This document shows positions 8,919 to 18,793 of a DNA stretch of 32,000 bases, in pieces. The stretch's first letter is position 1. Each line of letters begins with the position of its first letter. This stretch comes from Thermithiobacillus tepidarius DSM 3134 (GTDB lineage Bacteria > Pseudomonadota > Gammaproteobacteria > Acidithiobacillales > Thermithiobacillaceae). Made by a program: the position numbers and the translations under genes. The notes under the pieces are model-generated. The model searched no databases, was not told the origin of the DNA, and saw only the letters and a program-made list of their open reading frames with translations. The stretch is taken from the NCBI RefSeq assembly GCF_048300925.1, contig NZ_CP133759.1; one strand, written 5' to 3'.

Positions 8919-9497
8919 TCAGCTCTCGTCATCCTTTTTCGGCGCCTGCTTGAGCCGGGCCAGCTCAGCCAGCATGCGCTCCTGCTCCGCGAAGGAGGGC
9001 GCGCGCTTGCCGGCCCCGTATCGGGTTTTGTCGGGCTCCTTGCCCTGGTTGACGGGCACATGGCCCGCCTGCTCCCGTTCCTTGGTGGACACATAGTCAT
9101 GCAGGCCCTGGTCGTAATCCGCGTAGCGTCCCTGGTAGCCAGGCGGGGCCGGAGGGGCGCTCTTGCTGAGCCACAGGGTCTTTCGCAGCTCCTTGTTGAG
9201 CTGGGAGATGCGGTCGGCGATGCGGCTGAGATCGTAGAGGGCCGCAGCCGCCATGGCTCCGAGCAGCACGGCGCCGGGCAGCGGCCAGCCTGCCGCGAAC
9301 AGGCCCAATGCCGCAGCGCTGGCTGCGGGGTAGAGCCAGAACCAGGGTTCCTTCAGATACCAGCGGTGCAGCCCCAGAGGGAACAGCAGCCACAGGGCGT
9401 AGGCCACGGCGGGCTTGCGTTGGGCGCGCAGTAGGCGCAGCTGCAGCGATTGCAGGCCGCCGCCTTCCAGATCCATTTTCTTCCATGTCTTGGTCAT
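8919..9497 (-). CDS. TM2-domain-like membrane protein
   Basis: 'PAVAYALWLLFPLGLHRWYLKEPWFWLYPAASAAALGLF' resembles the TM2 domain; divergent from the LysR gene. Confidence 0.65.
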   Translation of the reverse strand: MTKTWKKMDLEGGGLQSLQLRLLRAQRKPAVAYALWLLFPLGLHRWYLKEPWFWLYPAASAAALGLFAAGWPLPGAVLLGAMAAAALYDLSRIADRISQLNKELRKTLWLSKSAPPAPPGYQGRYADYDQGLHDYVSTKEREQAGHVPVNQGKEPDKTRYGAGKRAPSFAEQERMLAELARLKQAPKKDDES

Positions 9498-9608
9498 GGC
9501 TCATACCTTCGTTGAATGCGGTATTAAACCGTTTGATAATGTTCTGGTCTAAGTTTATTGTTGTAAGCAGTCTGCGCCTGCGCGCAAGGGGCCAACCGGG
9601 AATCGCAA

Positions 9609-10520
9609 ATGGCTGACAGAAGATTGCAAGTCTTTCACACCGTGGCCCGCCTGTTGAGCTTCACCAAGGCGGCCGAAATCCTGCACATGACGCAGCCGGC
9701 TGTCACCTTCCAGATCAAACAGCTGGAGGAGCAGTTTAACACACGTCTGTTTGACCGTACCCACAACCGCATCAGCCTGACCGAGGCGGGCACCATCGTT
9801 TTCGAGTACGCGGAGCGCATCCTCAATCTCTACAGCGAGCTGCAGAACCGGGTGGGCGAAATGACCGGGGACGTGCGCGGCGTGCTCCTGCTGGGCGCGA
9901 GCACCACCATTGCCGAGTACATGCTGCCGCGCGTGCTGGGGGACTTCAAGGAGCGCTACCCTGAGGTGCAGGTGCGCATGCACGTGGCCAATACCGACCG
10001 CATCGTGAGCATGGTGGAAGACAACACCATCGATTTGGGCGTGGTGGAAGCGGCGGTCAGCAACAAGAGCCTGGCCGTGCGCAAGTGCTGCATGGACCAG
10101 ATGGTGGCCATTTTCCCGCCGACCCATTTTCTGGCGCAGCAAAGCAGCGTGAGGGCGGCGGATCTGCTCAATTACGCCTTCGTATCGCGCGAAGAGGGGT
10201 CCGGCACGCGGGAAGTCACCAACGAGTATCTGGCCGCCGCCGGCCTGGACCCCAACGACCTCAACATCACCATGGAGCTGGGCAGCCCCGAGTCCGTCAA
10301 GGGCGCCGTGGAAGGCGGGCTGGGCATTTCCGTGGTGTCGGAAGCGACGGTGCGCAAGGAGATCGCCCTGGGCACGCTGGTGGCGATACCGCTGGAGCCG
10401 CCCCTGGCCCGGCCCTTCCTGTTCGTGTATCAGAAGCAGAAGTTCCGCAGCCATGTGATGGACGAGTTTCTGGAATTCGCCAAGGAGCGCTGCGGCGACG
10501 AGTGGGTCTTCCCGTCCTAA
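9609..10520 (+). CDS. LysR-family transcriptional regulator (CysB/CysL/CbbR-like)
   Basis: N-terminal wHTH 'LQVFHTVARLLSFTKAAEILHMTQPAVTFQIKQLEEQFNTRLFDRT' and substrate-binding domain. Confidence 0.92.
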   Translation: MADRRLQVFHTVARLLSFTKAAEILHMTQPAVTFQIKQLEEQFNTRLFDRTHNRISLTEAGTIVFEYAERILNLYSELQNRVGEMTGDVRGVLLLGASTTIAEYMLPRVLGDFKERYPEVQVRMHVANTDRIVSMVEDNTIDLGVVEAAVSNKSLAVRKCCMDQMVAIFPPTHFLAQQSSVRAADLLNYAFVSREEGSGTREVTNEYLAAAGLDPNDLNITMELGSPESVKGAVEGGLGISVVSEATVRKEIALGTLVAIPLEPPLARPFLFVYQKQKFRSHVMDEFLEFAKERCGDEWVFPS

Positions 10521-10549
10521 CGGACGTTTCCTTATTGCAGGAGTCGGGT

Positions 10550-11290
10550 GTGAAGCGATTTGCCGTGGTGCAGCACAGCTATTCCGAATTTCTGGGCCTG
10601 ATCGAAACCCAGCTTGAGAAGCGCGACATCGGCTTCATCTACTTCCGGCCTTTCCTGGGCCAGGATCTGCCGGGCAGCGGCCTGCAATTCGATGCCCTCT
10701 TCCTGCTGGGCGGGCCCATGTCGCCGCTGGATAGCGGGCAGCATGCCTGGCTGCAGGACGAGATCCGCGTGATCGGCGCTTTCCGCCAAGCCAGGCGTCC
10801 CATCGTCGGCATCGGCATGGGCGCCATGCTGATGGCGGCTTACGAGGGGGCGCAGCTGAGCGCGGAGCCCGCCATCAACGCCTACTGGACCACGGCGCAC
10901 AAGACCCGCACCGGAGAGGGGGATCCCCTGGCCGAGGCAGTGGATGGTGAGCCCGTGCTGGTGTGGGCGCCGGGACAGGCGATCCTGCCGCCGGGCATGG
11001 AACCGATCCTGGTGGACGACGCCGGCCGCTGGATCGCCTTCCGCCCCGACGCCCAGAGCATCGGCATGCTGTTTCGGCCGGAAATGAAGCCGGGCATGAT
11101 CGAGGACATCCTCATGGAGGAGGACCGCGAAGTGCCCGAGAATGTCGGTGAGCTCATGGAACGCATGCGCGAGCTGTGGCCGCAGATGCAGCGCCAGACC
11201 GACAAGGTGGTGGTGGCGCTGGTGAGCAGCCTGCAGCTGATGCAGGAGCGCCACAAGCCGCCCGTGTTCAGCCTGAAGGTGGAGCAATGA
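10550..11290 (+). CDS. Class I glutamine amidotransferase-like protein with degenerate catalytic residues
   Basis: 'FDALFLLGGPMSPLD', 'RRPIVGIGMGAMLMAAYEGAQL', 'GMLFRPEM' align in order to the GATase1 pattern. GTG start at 10550 (track ORF begins further upstream inside the LysR gene). Confidence 0.7.
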   Translation: MKRFAVVQHSYSEFLGLIETQLEKRDIGFIYFRPFLGQDLPGSGLQFDALFLLGGPMSPLDSGQHAWLQDEIRVIGAFRQARRPIVGIGMGAMLMAAYEGAQLSAEPAINAYWTTAHKTRTGEGDPLAEAVDGEPVLVWAPGQAILPPGMEPILVDDAGRWIAFRPDAQSIGMLFRPEMKPGMIEDILMEEDREVPENVGELMERMRELWPQMQRQTDKVVVALVSSLQLMQERHKPPVFSLKVEQ

Positions 11291-11670
11291 CCGAAGTTGA
11301 GAAAAGACTGCTGCTGATCCTGGCGGATCTCGGCGAGACCGAACAGCGGAGCCTGCTGGATTTCGCGGAGTTTCTGGCGAGCCGGGCCGGTGCGGTGCGG
11401 GCTTTGCCCGCACCCCGGACGCGGGAGCCGGCGCAACCGGATCTGCTCCCGCGTCCCGAGCAGGAAACGGTGGTGGGCGCCATCAAGCGGCTGCGCCAGA
11501 GCTATCCCATGCTGGACCGGCGCAAGCTCCTGAACGAGACCTCCGCGGCCATGTCCAAGCATGCCATCGGCGGCGTCAAGGCGGAGATCGTCATCGACGA
11601 ACTCGAGGAGGTCTTCGCCCGTCATTACACTCTTTACTGCGAAACCTTCTACAGCGCCTCCGACGCGTAG
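11287..11670 (+). CDS. Hypothetical protein, translationally coupled to the upstream gene
   Basis: ATGA overlap with the preceding stop at 11287-11290; 'LLLILADLGETEQRSLLDFAEFLASR'; 127 aa. Confidence 0.65.
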   Translation: MTEVEKRLLLILADLGETEQRSLLDFAEFLASRAGAVRALPAPRTREPAQPDLLPRPEQETVVGAIKRLRQSYPMLDRRKLLNETSAAMSKHAIGGVKAEIVIDELEEVFARHYTLYCETFYSASDA

Positions 11671-13034
11671 TCCGCCAGGCGCGAGCGTTCGCCGCGGCGC
11701 AGGGTGATGTGGCCGCTGTGGGGCCAGTCCTTGAAGCGGTCCACCACGTAGGTCAGGCCCGAGGTGGTTTCCGTCAGGTAAGGCGTATCGATCTGGGCGA
11801 TGTTGCCCAGGCAGACGATCTTGGTTTCCGGGCCGGCGCGGGTGACCAGGGTCTTCATCTGCTTGGGAGTCAGATTCTGGGCCTCGTCGATGATGACGAA
11901 CTTGTTCAGGAAGGTGCGCCCGCGCATGAAGCTCAGGGACTTGACCCGGATGCGCTTGCTCAGCAGGTCCTGAGTAGCCTGCCGACCCCAGACCCCGCCG
12001 TCGCCGCTCTGCCCCAGGATCTCCAGGTTGTCCTCCAGCGCGCCCATCCACGGCATCATCTTTTCCTCCTCGGTGCCGGGCAGGTAGCCGATGTCCTCGC
12101 CCACCGGCACGGTGGCGCGGGTGATGATGATCTCGTTGTAGCGCTTCTCGTCCATGATCTGGTGCAGAGCCGCGGCCAGGGTCAGCAGGGTCTTGCCGGT
12201 GCCGGCCTGGCCGAGGATGGACACGAAGTCGATCTCCGGATCCATGAGCATGTTCAGGGCGAAATTCTGCTCCCGGTTGCGGGCGTTGATGCCCCACACG
12301 CTGTGGCGGCTCTGGGTGTAATCCCGGGCGCGCTCGATGATGGCGGCGTTGGGCTCCACCTCGCGGACGATGAAGTTGAAGTCCGGGTCGTCCTCCAGGT
12401 AGAGGAACTGATTGGGATGCCACTGCCGGGTCAGCGGTCCGGTGATGCGATAGAAGGTGCGGCCTTCCTCGCGCCAGGCGGCCACTTCCTTCTCGTGGTT
12501 TTCCCAGAAGTCGGCCGGCACGGCGCACACGCCCGTGTAGAGCAGGTCGGCGTCCTCCAGAGCCTGGTCGGTGGTGTAGTCCTCCACCCGCAGGCCCAGG
12601 GTGCGGCCCTTGATGCGCAGGTTGATGTCCTTGCTGACCAGGATCACGTCACGGTCGGGATGCTGCTCGCGCAAATCCAGCGTGATGGCCAGGATCTGGT
12701 TGTCCACCTTGCCGCCGGCCATGTTGCTCGGCAGTGTGTGGGTGTGGGCGATGGTCTGAAAGTAGAGCCGGCCCTCGGCATGGGGCAGGGGCAGGCCGGT
12801 GTCGATGTCGGCCGTGCTGCCCAGGAGTTCGTCGAGATAGCGGCTGACCTGACGCACGTTGCGGGCGGTTTCGGTCAGGCCCTTCTTGTGGGCATCCAGC
12901 TCCTCCAGGACCACCATGGGCAGCAGGATGTCGTGCTCCTGAAAGCGGAACAGGGCGCTCGGATCGTGCATCAGCACGTTGGTGTCCAGGACGTAGAGTC
13001 TTTTGCGGCTGGCGTCGGGGGAGTCGGATTGCAT
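11649..13034 (-). CDS. PhoH-family ATPase with N-terminal PIN domain (YlaK/PhoH2-type)
   Basis: PIN start 'KRLYVLDTNVLMHDPSALFRFQEHDI'; PhoH Walker A 'GQAGTGKTLLTLAAAL'; 'FVIIDEAQNLTPKQMKTLVTR'. Start set to ATG 13034 rather than 13109. Confidence 0.9.
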   Translation of the reverse strand: MQSDSPDASRKRLYVLDTNVLMHDPSALFRFQEHDILLPMVVLEELDAHKKGLTETARNVRQVSRYLDELLGSTADIDTGLPLPHAEGRLYFQTIAHTHTLPSNMAGGKVDNQILAITLDLREQHPDRDVILVSKDINLRIKGRTLGLRVEDYTTDQALEDADLLYTGVCAVPADFWENHEKEVAAWREEGRTFYRITGPLTRQWHPNQFLYLEDDPDFNFIVREVEPNAAIIERARDYTQSRHSVWGINARNREQNFALNMLMDPEIDFVSILGQAGTGKTLLTLAAALHQIMDEKRYNEIIITRATVPVGEDIGYLPGTEEEKMMPWMGALEDNLEILGQSGDGGVWGRQATQDLLSKRIRVKSLSFMRGRTFLNKFVIIDEAQNLTPKQMKTLVTRAGPETKIVCLGNIAQIDTPYLTETTSGLTYVVDRFKDWPHSGHITLRRGERSRLADYASEAL

Positions 13035-13062
13035 GATGTCTGCCCTGTACTTGGAATGATCG

Positions 13063-13539
13063 CTAGGGAAGCCGCTTGACGAGATCCAGCATGGCGGCGG
13101 CGTGGCCATCCACCTTGACCTTGCGCTCCACGTGGGCCAGGCGGCCGTCGCGGTCGATGACGAAGGTGCTGCGCTCGATGCCCATGACCTTTTTGCCGTA
13201 CATGTTCTTTTCCTTGATCACGTCGTAGGCGCGGCATGCGGTTTCGTCGACGTCAGCCAGGAGCGGAAAGGGGAAGCCGTATTTTTCAGCGAACTTGCAG
13301 TGGGACTGGATGGTGTCGCGGGAGATGCCCAGCACCTCGGCGTCGGCGCCTTGGAACTCCGGGTACAAGGCGGCGAAATCGCGCCCTTCGGTGGTGCAGC
13401 CGGGGGTGTCGTCCTTGGGATAGAAGTACAGCACTATCTTCCGGCCGCGCAGGTCGGCAAGGCGGATCTGGCGCCCGTCATGGGCGGGCAAGGTGAAATC
13501 CGGTGCGGCGGCGCCGGTTTGCAAAGCGGTGTCGTTCAT
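13063..13539 (-). CDS. bcp: Peroxiredoxin, thioredoxin-dependent thiol peroxidase (BCP/PrxQ type)
   Basis: 'FTLPAHDGRQIRLADLRGRKIVLYFYPKDDTPGCTTEGRDF...LGISRDTIQSHCKF'. Confidence 0.9.
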   Translation of the reverse strand: MNDTALQTGAAAPDFTLPAHDGRQIRLADLRGRKIVLYFYPKDDTPGCTTEGRDFAALYPEFQGADAEVLGISRDTIQSHCKFAEKYGFPFPLLADVDETACRAYDVIKEKNMYGKKVMGIERSTFVIDRDGRLAHVERKVKVDGHAAAMLDLVKRLP

Positions 13540-13710
13540 TTCCCCTCCATGTTGTCGCAAGCTCCACAAGTTCCAAGTTAGCCAGCCGCACCGCCCTTGT
13601 CCAGCCCCGGAAGGCCGGCGGATCGGGGCCGATTGCGGGAATTGCCTTGCCAAATCGGGGTAAGGCTCAGTACCATTGCTCTTCATTTGCGACTGGTGGA
13701 GATGCGCTTT

Positions 13711-14586
13711 ATGTTCCAAGGCAGTATGGTTGCCCTGGTGACGCCCATGCAGGACGACGGCACCCTCGACGAGGTCCGTCTGCGCGAGCTGGTGGAGTGG
13801 CACCTGTCCGAGGGCACGGATGCCATCGTGGCCGTGGGAACGACCGGCGAATCCGCCACGCTGAACGAGACGGAACACCTGCGCGCCATCCAGATCGTGG
13901 TGGAACAGGTGCGTGAGCGGGCGCCGGTGATTGCCGGCACTGGGGCCAACGCCACCAGCGAGGCCATCGCGCTCACCACGGCGGCGGCGGAGCTGGGGGC
14001 CGACGCAGCCCTGCTGGTCACCCCCTACTACAACAAGCCGACCCAGGAAGGCCTGTTTCAGCATTATCGCGCCATTGCCCAGGCCTGCCCCCTGCCGCAG
14101 ATCCTCTACAACGTGCCTGGGCGCACCGGCTGCGATCTGCAACCCGCCACCATCGAACGCCTGGCCGCGATTCCCAATATCATCGGGGTCAAGGAGGCCA
14201 CCGGCAACATCACCCGCGCCGAGGAGATCCTGGCCCGCTGCGGCGGGCGCATGGACGTCTATGCCGGCGACGATGCGTCAGCCTTGGCGCTGATGCTGCT
14301 GGGTGCCAAGGGCGTCATCTCCGTCACCGCCAACGTGGCGCCGGGCGACATGGCGCGCATGTGCCGCGCGGCACGCGAGGGCGACCTGGCGACGGCGCGC
14401 ACCCTCAACGACAAGCTGCTGCCCCTGCACGTGGATCTCTTCCTTGAATCCAATCCCATCCCTGTCAAATGGGCGTTGGCGGAGATGGGCCGCATCGGCC
14501 CGATGCTGCGCCTGCCCCTGACCCCGCTCAGCGAAAGCTTGCGGCCCCAGCTCTTGGCGTCCATGCGCCAGGCGGGCTGCCTGTGA
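13711..14586 (+). CDS. dapA: 4-hydroxy-tetrahydrodipicolinate synthase
   Basis: 'MFQGSMVALVTPMQDDGTLDE', 'VAVGTTGESATL', 'YYNKPTQEGLFQH', 'YNVPGRTG', 'GVKEATGN'. Confidence 0.95.
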   Translation: MFQGSMVALVTPMQDDGTLDEVRLRELVEWHLSEGTDAIVAVGTTGESATLNETEHLRAIQIVVEQVRERAPVIAGTGANATSEAIALTTAAAELGADAALLVTPYYNKPTQEGLFQHYRAIAQACPLPQILYNVPGRTGCDLQPATIERLAAIPNIIGVKEATGNITRAEEILARCGGRMDVYAGDDASALALMLLGAKGVISVTANVAPGDMARMCRAAREGDLATARTLNDKLLPLHVDLFLESNPIPVKWALAEMGRIGPMLRLPLTPLSESLRPQLLASMRQAGCL

Positions 14587-14618
14587 TTTTGCCGATTCCA
14601 GTCCGGAGATCGAAACCC

Positions 14619-15758
14619 ATGTCGCGTTGGATCATCGTTGCCGCCTCGTCGGCGTTCCTGCTGGCCGGCTGCCAGTATTTGCCTTTCACGGGAGATAAGA
14701 GCGGGCCCAAGTACAATGACGCCAAGACTCTGCCCCCCCTGGAAGTGCCGCCGGATCTCCTGGCCGCGCCGGTCCAGCCGGGATTGCAGATCCCGCCCGC
14801 CAGGGCGGCGGCACCGGCGGGGGGCAGCCCTGCCAGTCCGGCGCCCGCCAGTCCGGCCGGTTTCGCCGTGTCCGAACGCGGTCGCGATGTGCCGTCCGCC
14901 GCGCCGGCCGCAACGCAGCCGGCAACAGTCGCCGCCAGTACGCTGACGGACAGCGGTGCGGCCTCCACTCTGCGCGTCCAGATGCCTGCCGCCGTGCTGT
15001 GGCCGGTGGTGCGGACGGCCCTGCAGAAGGAGGGCTTCACGGTGGCCAGTCTGGACGAGCAGGCCGGCGTGCTGGAAACGGATTGGCAGGGGCAGCGTAC
15101 TGGCTTGAGCGCTCTGCTCGGATCGGCCGTGGCCCCGAACGCGCGGGAAAAATACATCGTGATCATGCGCGGCGAAGCGGATGGCAGCCAGGTGCTGAGC
15201 GCGCGGCAGATCCGCCAGGACAGCGATCCGCAGACGACCGGCGAGGCCTGGACCGAGGCGCAACCCGATGCCAAGGCGGTGGTGGCCCTGCTGAAGTCCA
15301 TCCAGGAGAGCATCGAGCAGGGTGGCAAGCAGGCCGCTCTGCCATCCATGAAAGTGGAGCGCCTGCGCGATCAGCAGGGCAGCTATCTGGTGTTGAGCCT
15401 GCCGCCGGAGCAGGCCCAGGCGCGGGTGGAAGAAACCCTCAAGGGTTTGGGCTATCAGGCCGTGGCCGGCCAGCGCCCGGGCGAGTTCGTCGTCACCGCG
15501 TCGGCGGAGCAGGCGCAGAAGAAAAAGGGCATCCTTGCGGACATCTGGTCGCAATTGAGCGAGGGCGTGCGCGGCGCTTTCCGCAGCGATGACAAGGCCA
15601 AGGCGGCGCAAGTGCAGATGCGCGTGCGCCTGTCCCGCGATGCCCAAGGCCCGGGCAGCGTGTTGGAGGTGCTGCCGGTTGACCAGGGCGCCCAGGGCGC
15701 GGTGGAGCGCCTGCTGCAGCAGTTGGCCGAGCGTCTGGGCGGCCGTTCGGCCGCCTGA
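14619..15758 (+). CDS. bamC: Outer membrane assembly lipoprotein BamC (NlpB)
   Basis: Lipobox 'LLAGCQYLPF', 'LPPLEVPPDLLAAP', BamC-like repeats; located immediately after dapA as commonly seen. Confidence 0.85.
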   Translation: MSRWIIVAASSAFLLAGCQYLPFTGDKSGPKYNDAKTLPPLEVPPDLLAAPVQPGLQIPPARAAAPAGGSPASPAPASPAGFAVSERGRDVPSAAPAATQPATVAASTLTDSGAASTLRVQMPAAVLWPVVRTALQKEGFTVASLDEQAGVLETDWQGQRTGLSALLGSAVAPNAREKYIVIMRGEADGSQVLSARQIRQDSDPQTTGEAWTEAQPDAKAVVALLKSIQESIEQGGKQAALPSMKVERLRDQQGSYLVLSLPPEQAQARVEETLKGLGYQAVAGQRPGEFVVTASAEQAQKKKGILADIWSQLSEGVRGAFRSDDKAKAAQVQMRVRLSRDAQGPGSVLEVLPVDQGAQGAVERLLQQLAERLGGRSAA

Positions 15759-15759
15759 G

Positions 15760-16527
15760 ATGGCCGTGCGCTTCGCCTGTCTGGGAAGCGGCAGCGGCGG
15801 CAATGCCTGGGTGGTGGCCAGCGGCAGCACCCGCGTGCTGCTGGACGCCGGTTTTTTCGGGCAGGAAACCGCTTGGCGCCTGGGGCGATTGGGCCTGTCG
15901 CCGGCGGACCTGGATGCCGTGATCCTGACCCACGAGCATGGCGATCACGTGCGCGGGGCCGGCGTGCTGGCGCGGCGCTTCCGCCTGCCCGTGTGGTCGA
16001 CTGCCGGCACCGCGCGCGCCGTGGCGCGCCTGGGGCCTTTTCCCGAGTTGCACGCCTTCCGGGCGGGTGCGCCCATCGTCTTGGGCGACTTGCGCCTGGA
16101 CCCCTTTGCAGTCCTGCACGACGCCGCCGAACCGTGCGCTTTTGTGGTTTCCGACGGCGATCGCCGCTTGGGCTTGGCCACCGACCTGGGCTGCGTCACC
16201 CCGCCGGTGGAAGCCGCCCTGGCGGCCTGCCACGCTTTGGTGCTGGAGTGCAATCATGATCCGGACATGCTGCGGACCGGGCCCTATCCGGCCAGCCTGA
16301 AGCAGCGGGTCGGTGGCGCCTACGGGCACCTGTCCAACGCCCAGGGCGCGGCGCTGCTGGGTGCATTGCGGCATGGGCATCTGGGGACGGTGGTCGCCGC
16401 CCATCTGAGCGCCAAGAATAATCGGCCGGCCCTGGCGCAGGGGGCCTTGGCCCAGGTGCTGGGCTGCGCGCCCGCAGAGGTGCGCGTTGCGGATCAGCAC
16501 CAAGGACTGGATTGGCATACTGTTTAG
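15760..16527 (+). CDS. MBL-fold metallo-hydrolase (YycJ/WalJ-like)
   Basis: 'FACLGSGSGGNAWVV', 'VILTHEHGDHVRGAGVLARRF', 'YGHLSNAQ'. Confidence 0.85.
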   Translation: MAVRFACLGSGSGGNAWVVASGSTRVLLDAGFFGQETAWRLGRLGLSPADLDAVILTHEHGDHVRGAGVLARRFRLPVWSTAGTARAVARLGPFPELHAFRAGAPIVLGDLRLDPFAVLHDAAEPCAFVVSDGDRRLGLATDLGCVTPPVEAALAACHALVLECNHDPDMLRTGPYPASLKQRVGGAYGHLSNAQGAALLGALRHGHLGTVVAAHLSAKNNRPALAQGALAQVLGCAPAEVRVADQHQGLDWHTV

Positions 16528-16538
16528 AAGGTTGAGAC

Positions 16539-17846
16539 ATGATCGAACGTTATACCCGCCCGGAAATGGGCGCCCTGTGGACCCAGGAAGCCAAGTATCA
16601 GGCCTGGCTGGACGTGGAGCTGGCCGCCTGTCGGGCCTTGGCGGCCCAGGGCCGGATTCCGGCCGAGGATCTAGCCACCATCGAGGCCAAGGCCGCTTTC
16701 GACGCGGCGCGCATCGAAGAGATCGAACGCGAGGTCAAGCATGACGTCATCGCCTTCTTGACCTCCGTAGCCGAGTTCGTGGGGCCGTCCAGCCGCTTCA
16801 TCCACCAAGGGCTGACCAGCTCCGACGTGGTGGACACCGGCTTCGCCCTGCAATTGAAGCGGGCCGGCGAGCTGCTGCTGCAAGGCATGGACCGTCTCAT
16901 GCGCGCCCTGCACCGCCGTGCCTGGGAACACAAGGACACCATCATGATCGGTCGCTCCCATGGCATCCATGCCGAGCCGGTGACCTTCGGCCTCAAGCTG
17001 GCCGTCTGGTACGCCGAGGCCGGCCGCAACCGGGCACGGCTGCAGGCTGCCATCGACGACGTGGCGGTGGGCATGCTCTCCGGCGCGGTGGGCACCTTCG
17101 CCAACATCGATCCCTCGGTGGAAGAGGCGGTGTGCCGCGAGTTGGGCCTGACCCCCGAGCCGGCCAGTACCCAGGTCATTTCCCGCGACCGCCACGCCCA
17201 TTTTTTCAACACCCTGGCCGTGATTGCCGGCTCCATCGAAAAGATTGCGGTGGAGATCCGCCATCTGCAGCGCACCGAGGTGCTGGAAGCCGAGGAGCCC
17301 TTCACCAAGGGGCAGAAGGGCAGCTCCGCCATGCCGCACAAGCGCAACCCGATCCTGTCGGAGAACCTGACGGGTTTGGCGCGGCTGGTGCGCGGCTATG
17401 CGGGCATGGCCCTGGAGAACATCGCCCTCTGGCACGAGCGCGACATCTCCCATTCCTCCGTGGAGCGGGTGATCGGGCCGGATGCCACCATCACGCTGGA
17501 CTTCATGCTGCATCGGGTGAGCGGGCTCATCGAAAACCTGGTGGTCTACCCCGAGAACATGCTGAAGAATCTCAACCAGATGCACGGCCTCATCTTTTCG
17601 CAGCGGGTGCTGCTGGCCCTCACCGAGAAGGGCGCGCTCCGGGAGGATGCCTACCGCTGGGTGCAGCGCAACGCCATGCGCGTCTGGGAGGCGGGCGAGG
17701 ACTTCAAGTCCCTGCTGGCCCGGGATCCGGACGTGAGCGGCAAGTTGAGCCCGGCCGAGCTGGATGAGCTCTTCAGCCTGGATTACCACACCAAGGAGAT
17801 CGACCGGATCTTCGAGCGGGTGTTCGGGCCGTCCCTTTCCGTGTAA
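16539..17846 (+). CDS. purB: Adenylosuccinate lyase
   Basis: '[14 protein letters not shown]', signature '[12 protein letters not shown]', 'HDVIAFL', '[12 protein letters not shown]'. Confidence 0.97.
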   Translation: MIERYTRPEMGALWTQEAKYQAWLDVELAACRALAAQGRIPAEDLATIEAKAAFDAARIEEIEREVKHDVIAFLTSVAEFVGPSSRFIHQGLTSSDVVDTGFALQLKRAGELLLQGMDRLMRALHRRAWEHKDTIMIGRSHGIHAEPVTFGLKLAVWYAEAGRNRARLQAAIDDVAVGMLSGAVGTFANIDPSVEEAVCRELGLTPEPASTQVISRDRHAHFFNTLAVIAGSIEKIAVEIRHLQRTEVLEAEEPFTKGQKGSSAMPHKRNPILSENLTGLARLVRGYAGMALENIALWHERDISHSSVERVIGPDATITLDFMLHRVSGLIENLVVYPENMLKNLNQMHGLIFSQRVLLALTEKGALREDAYRWVQRNAMRVWEAGEDFKSLLARDPDVSGKLSPAELDELFSLDYHTKEIDRIFERVFGPSLSV

Positions 17847-17875
17847 GCCGGGCGCGCCCGGCCTGGAGCCATAGC

Positions 17876-18586
17876 ATGCAAAAAGGCGAGCAACTGTACG
17901 AGGGCAAGGCCAAGGTGGTGTACGCCACCGACGACCCCCAGCGCCTCATCCTGCACTTCAAGGACGATACCTCCGCTTTCGACGGCGAGAAGGTGGAACG
18001 CTTGGCCCACAAGGGCGAGGTGAACAACAAGTTCAACGCCTTCATCATGCAGAAGCTGGCGGCGGCGGGCATCCCCAATCACTTCGAGCGCCTGCTCTCC
18101 GAGCGGGAGAGCGTAGTCAAGCGTTTGGAGATGATCCCGGTGGAGTGCGTGGTGCGCAACGTCACCGCGGGCTCCATCTCCCGACGCCTCGGCGTGCCCG
18201 AAGGCATGGAACTCGATCCGCCTACCTTCGAGTTCTTCCTCAAGAACGACGCTTTGCATGATCCCATGGTCAACGAGTCGCACATCCGTGCCTTCGGCTG
18301 GGCCACGGAAGAAGAGGTGGCACGCATGAAGGAGCTCACCTACAGGGCCAACGAGGTCCTGAAGAAGCTCTTTGCCGACGCCGGGCTGATCCTGGTGGAC
18401 TTCAAGCTGGAATTCGGCCGCTTCGACGGCCAGGTGCTGCTCGGCGACGAGTTCAGCCCGGATGGTTGCCGCCTGTGGGATGCGCAGACGCGCGAGAAAC
18501 TGGACAAGGATCGCTTCCGCCGCGGCTTGGGGGGCGTGGTGGAGGCGTATCAGGAGGTGGCGAGGAGGCTGGGGGTGGCGTTGTAG
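17876..18586 (+). CDS. purC: Phosphoribosylaminoimidazole-succinocarboxamide synthase (SAICAR synthetase)
   Basis: '[34 protein letters not shown]', '[13 protein letters not shown]', 'LVDFKLEFG'. Confidence 0.97.
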   Translation: MQKGEQLYEGKAKVVYATDDPQRLILHFKDDTSAFDGEKVERLAHKGEVNNKFNAFIMQKLAAAGIPNHFERLLSERESVVKRLEMIPVECVVRNVTAGSISRRLGVPEGMELDPPTFEFFLKNDALHDPMVNESHIRAFGWATEEEVARMKELTYRANEVLKKLFADAGLILVDFKLEFGRFDGQVLLGDEFSPDGCRLWDAQTREKLDKDRFRRGLGGVVEAYQEVARRLGVAL

Positions 18587-18690
18587 CCTGGGCTGCGCTT
18601 GCGGCTGGAGTTAGGTGCCGGGGGTTGCCCGGCGGCAATCGGCTTTTTGCCGCTCGTTGCGTTCGCATTCTTGGACGCGCAAGCGAGTAG

Positions 18691-18716
18691 GTTGGGCTGC
18701 ACCTGCGTAGCCCAAC
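18691..18716. repeat. Intergenic inverted repeat
   Basis: GTTGGGCT (18691-18698) and AGCCCAAC (18709-18716) with 10-nt loop. Confidence 0.6.
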
Positions 18717-18725
18717 GGGTTTAAG

Positions 18726-18793
18726 GTAGGAGCGAGCTGGCTCGCGATCCGCCACCCCGGCCGCCGCCCGATCGCGGGCCAGCCCGCTTCTAC
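18726..18793. repeat. Inverted pair of REP-like elements (copy 2)
   Basis: GTAGGAGCGAGCTGGCTCGCGATC (18726-18749) and GATCGCGGGCCAGCCCGCTTCTAC (18770-18793). Confidence 0.85.

Noticed and set aside
8750-9100. 116-aa minus-strand ORF between the small exported protein and the TM2-like gene
   Set aside because: Ser/Arg/Pro-rich, no RBS seen, overlaps the well-supported TM2-like CDS.
10882-12528. 548-aa plus-strand ORF antisense to phoH
   Set aside because: Arg/Pro/Gly-rich frame overlapping three supported genes; shadow ORF.
11709-13079. 456-aa plus-strand ORF antisense to phoH
   Set aside because: Complement of a clear PIN-PhoH gene; composition is typical of antisense GC-rich frames.
14259-15830. 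523-aa minus-strand ORF over dapA/bamC
   Set aside because: Antisense to two well-supported genes, no domain signature.
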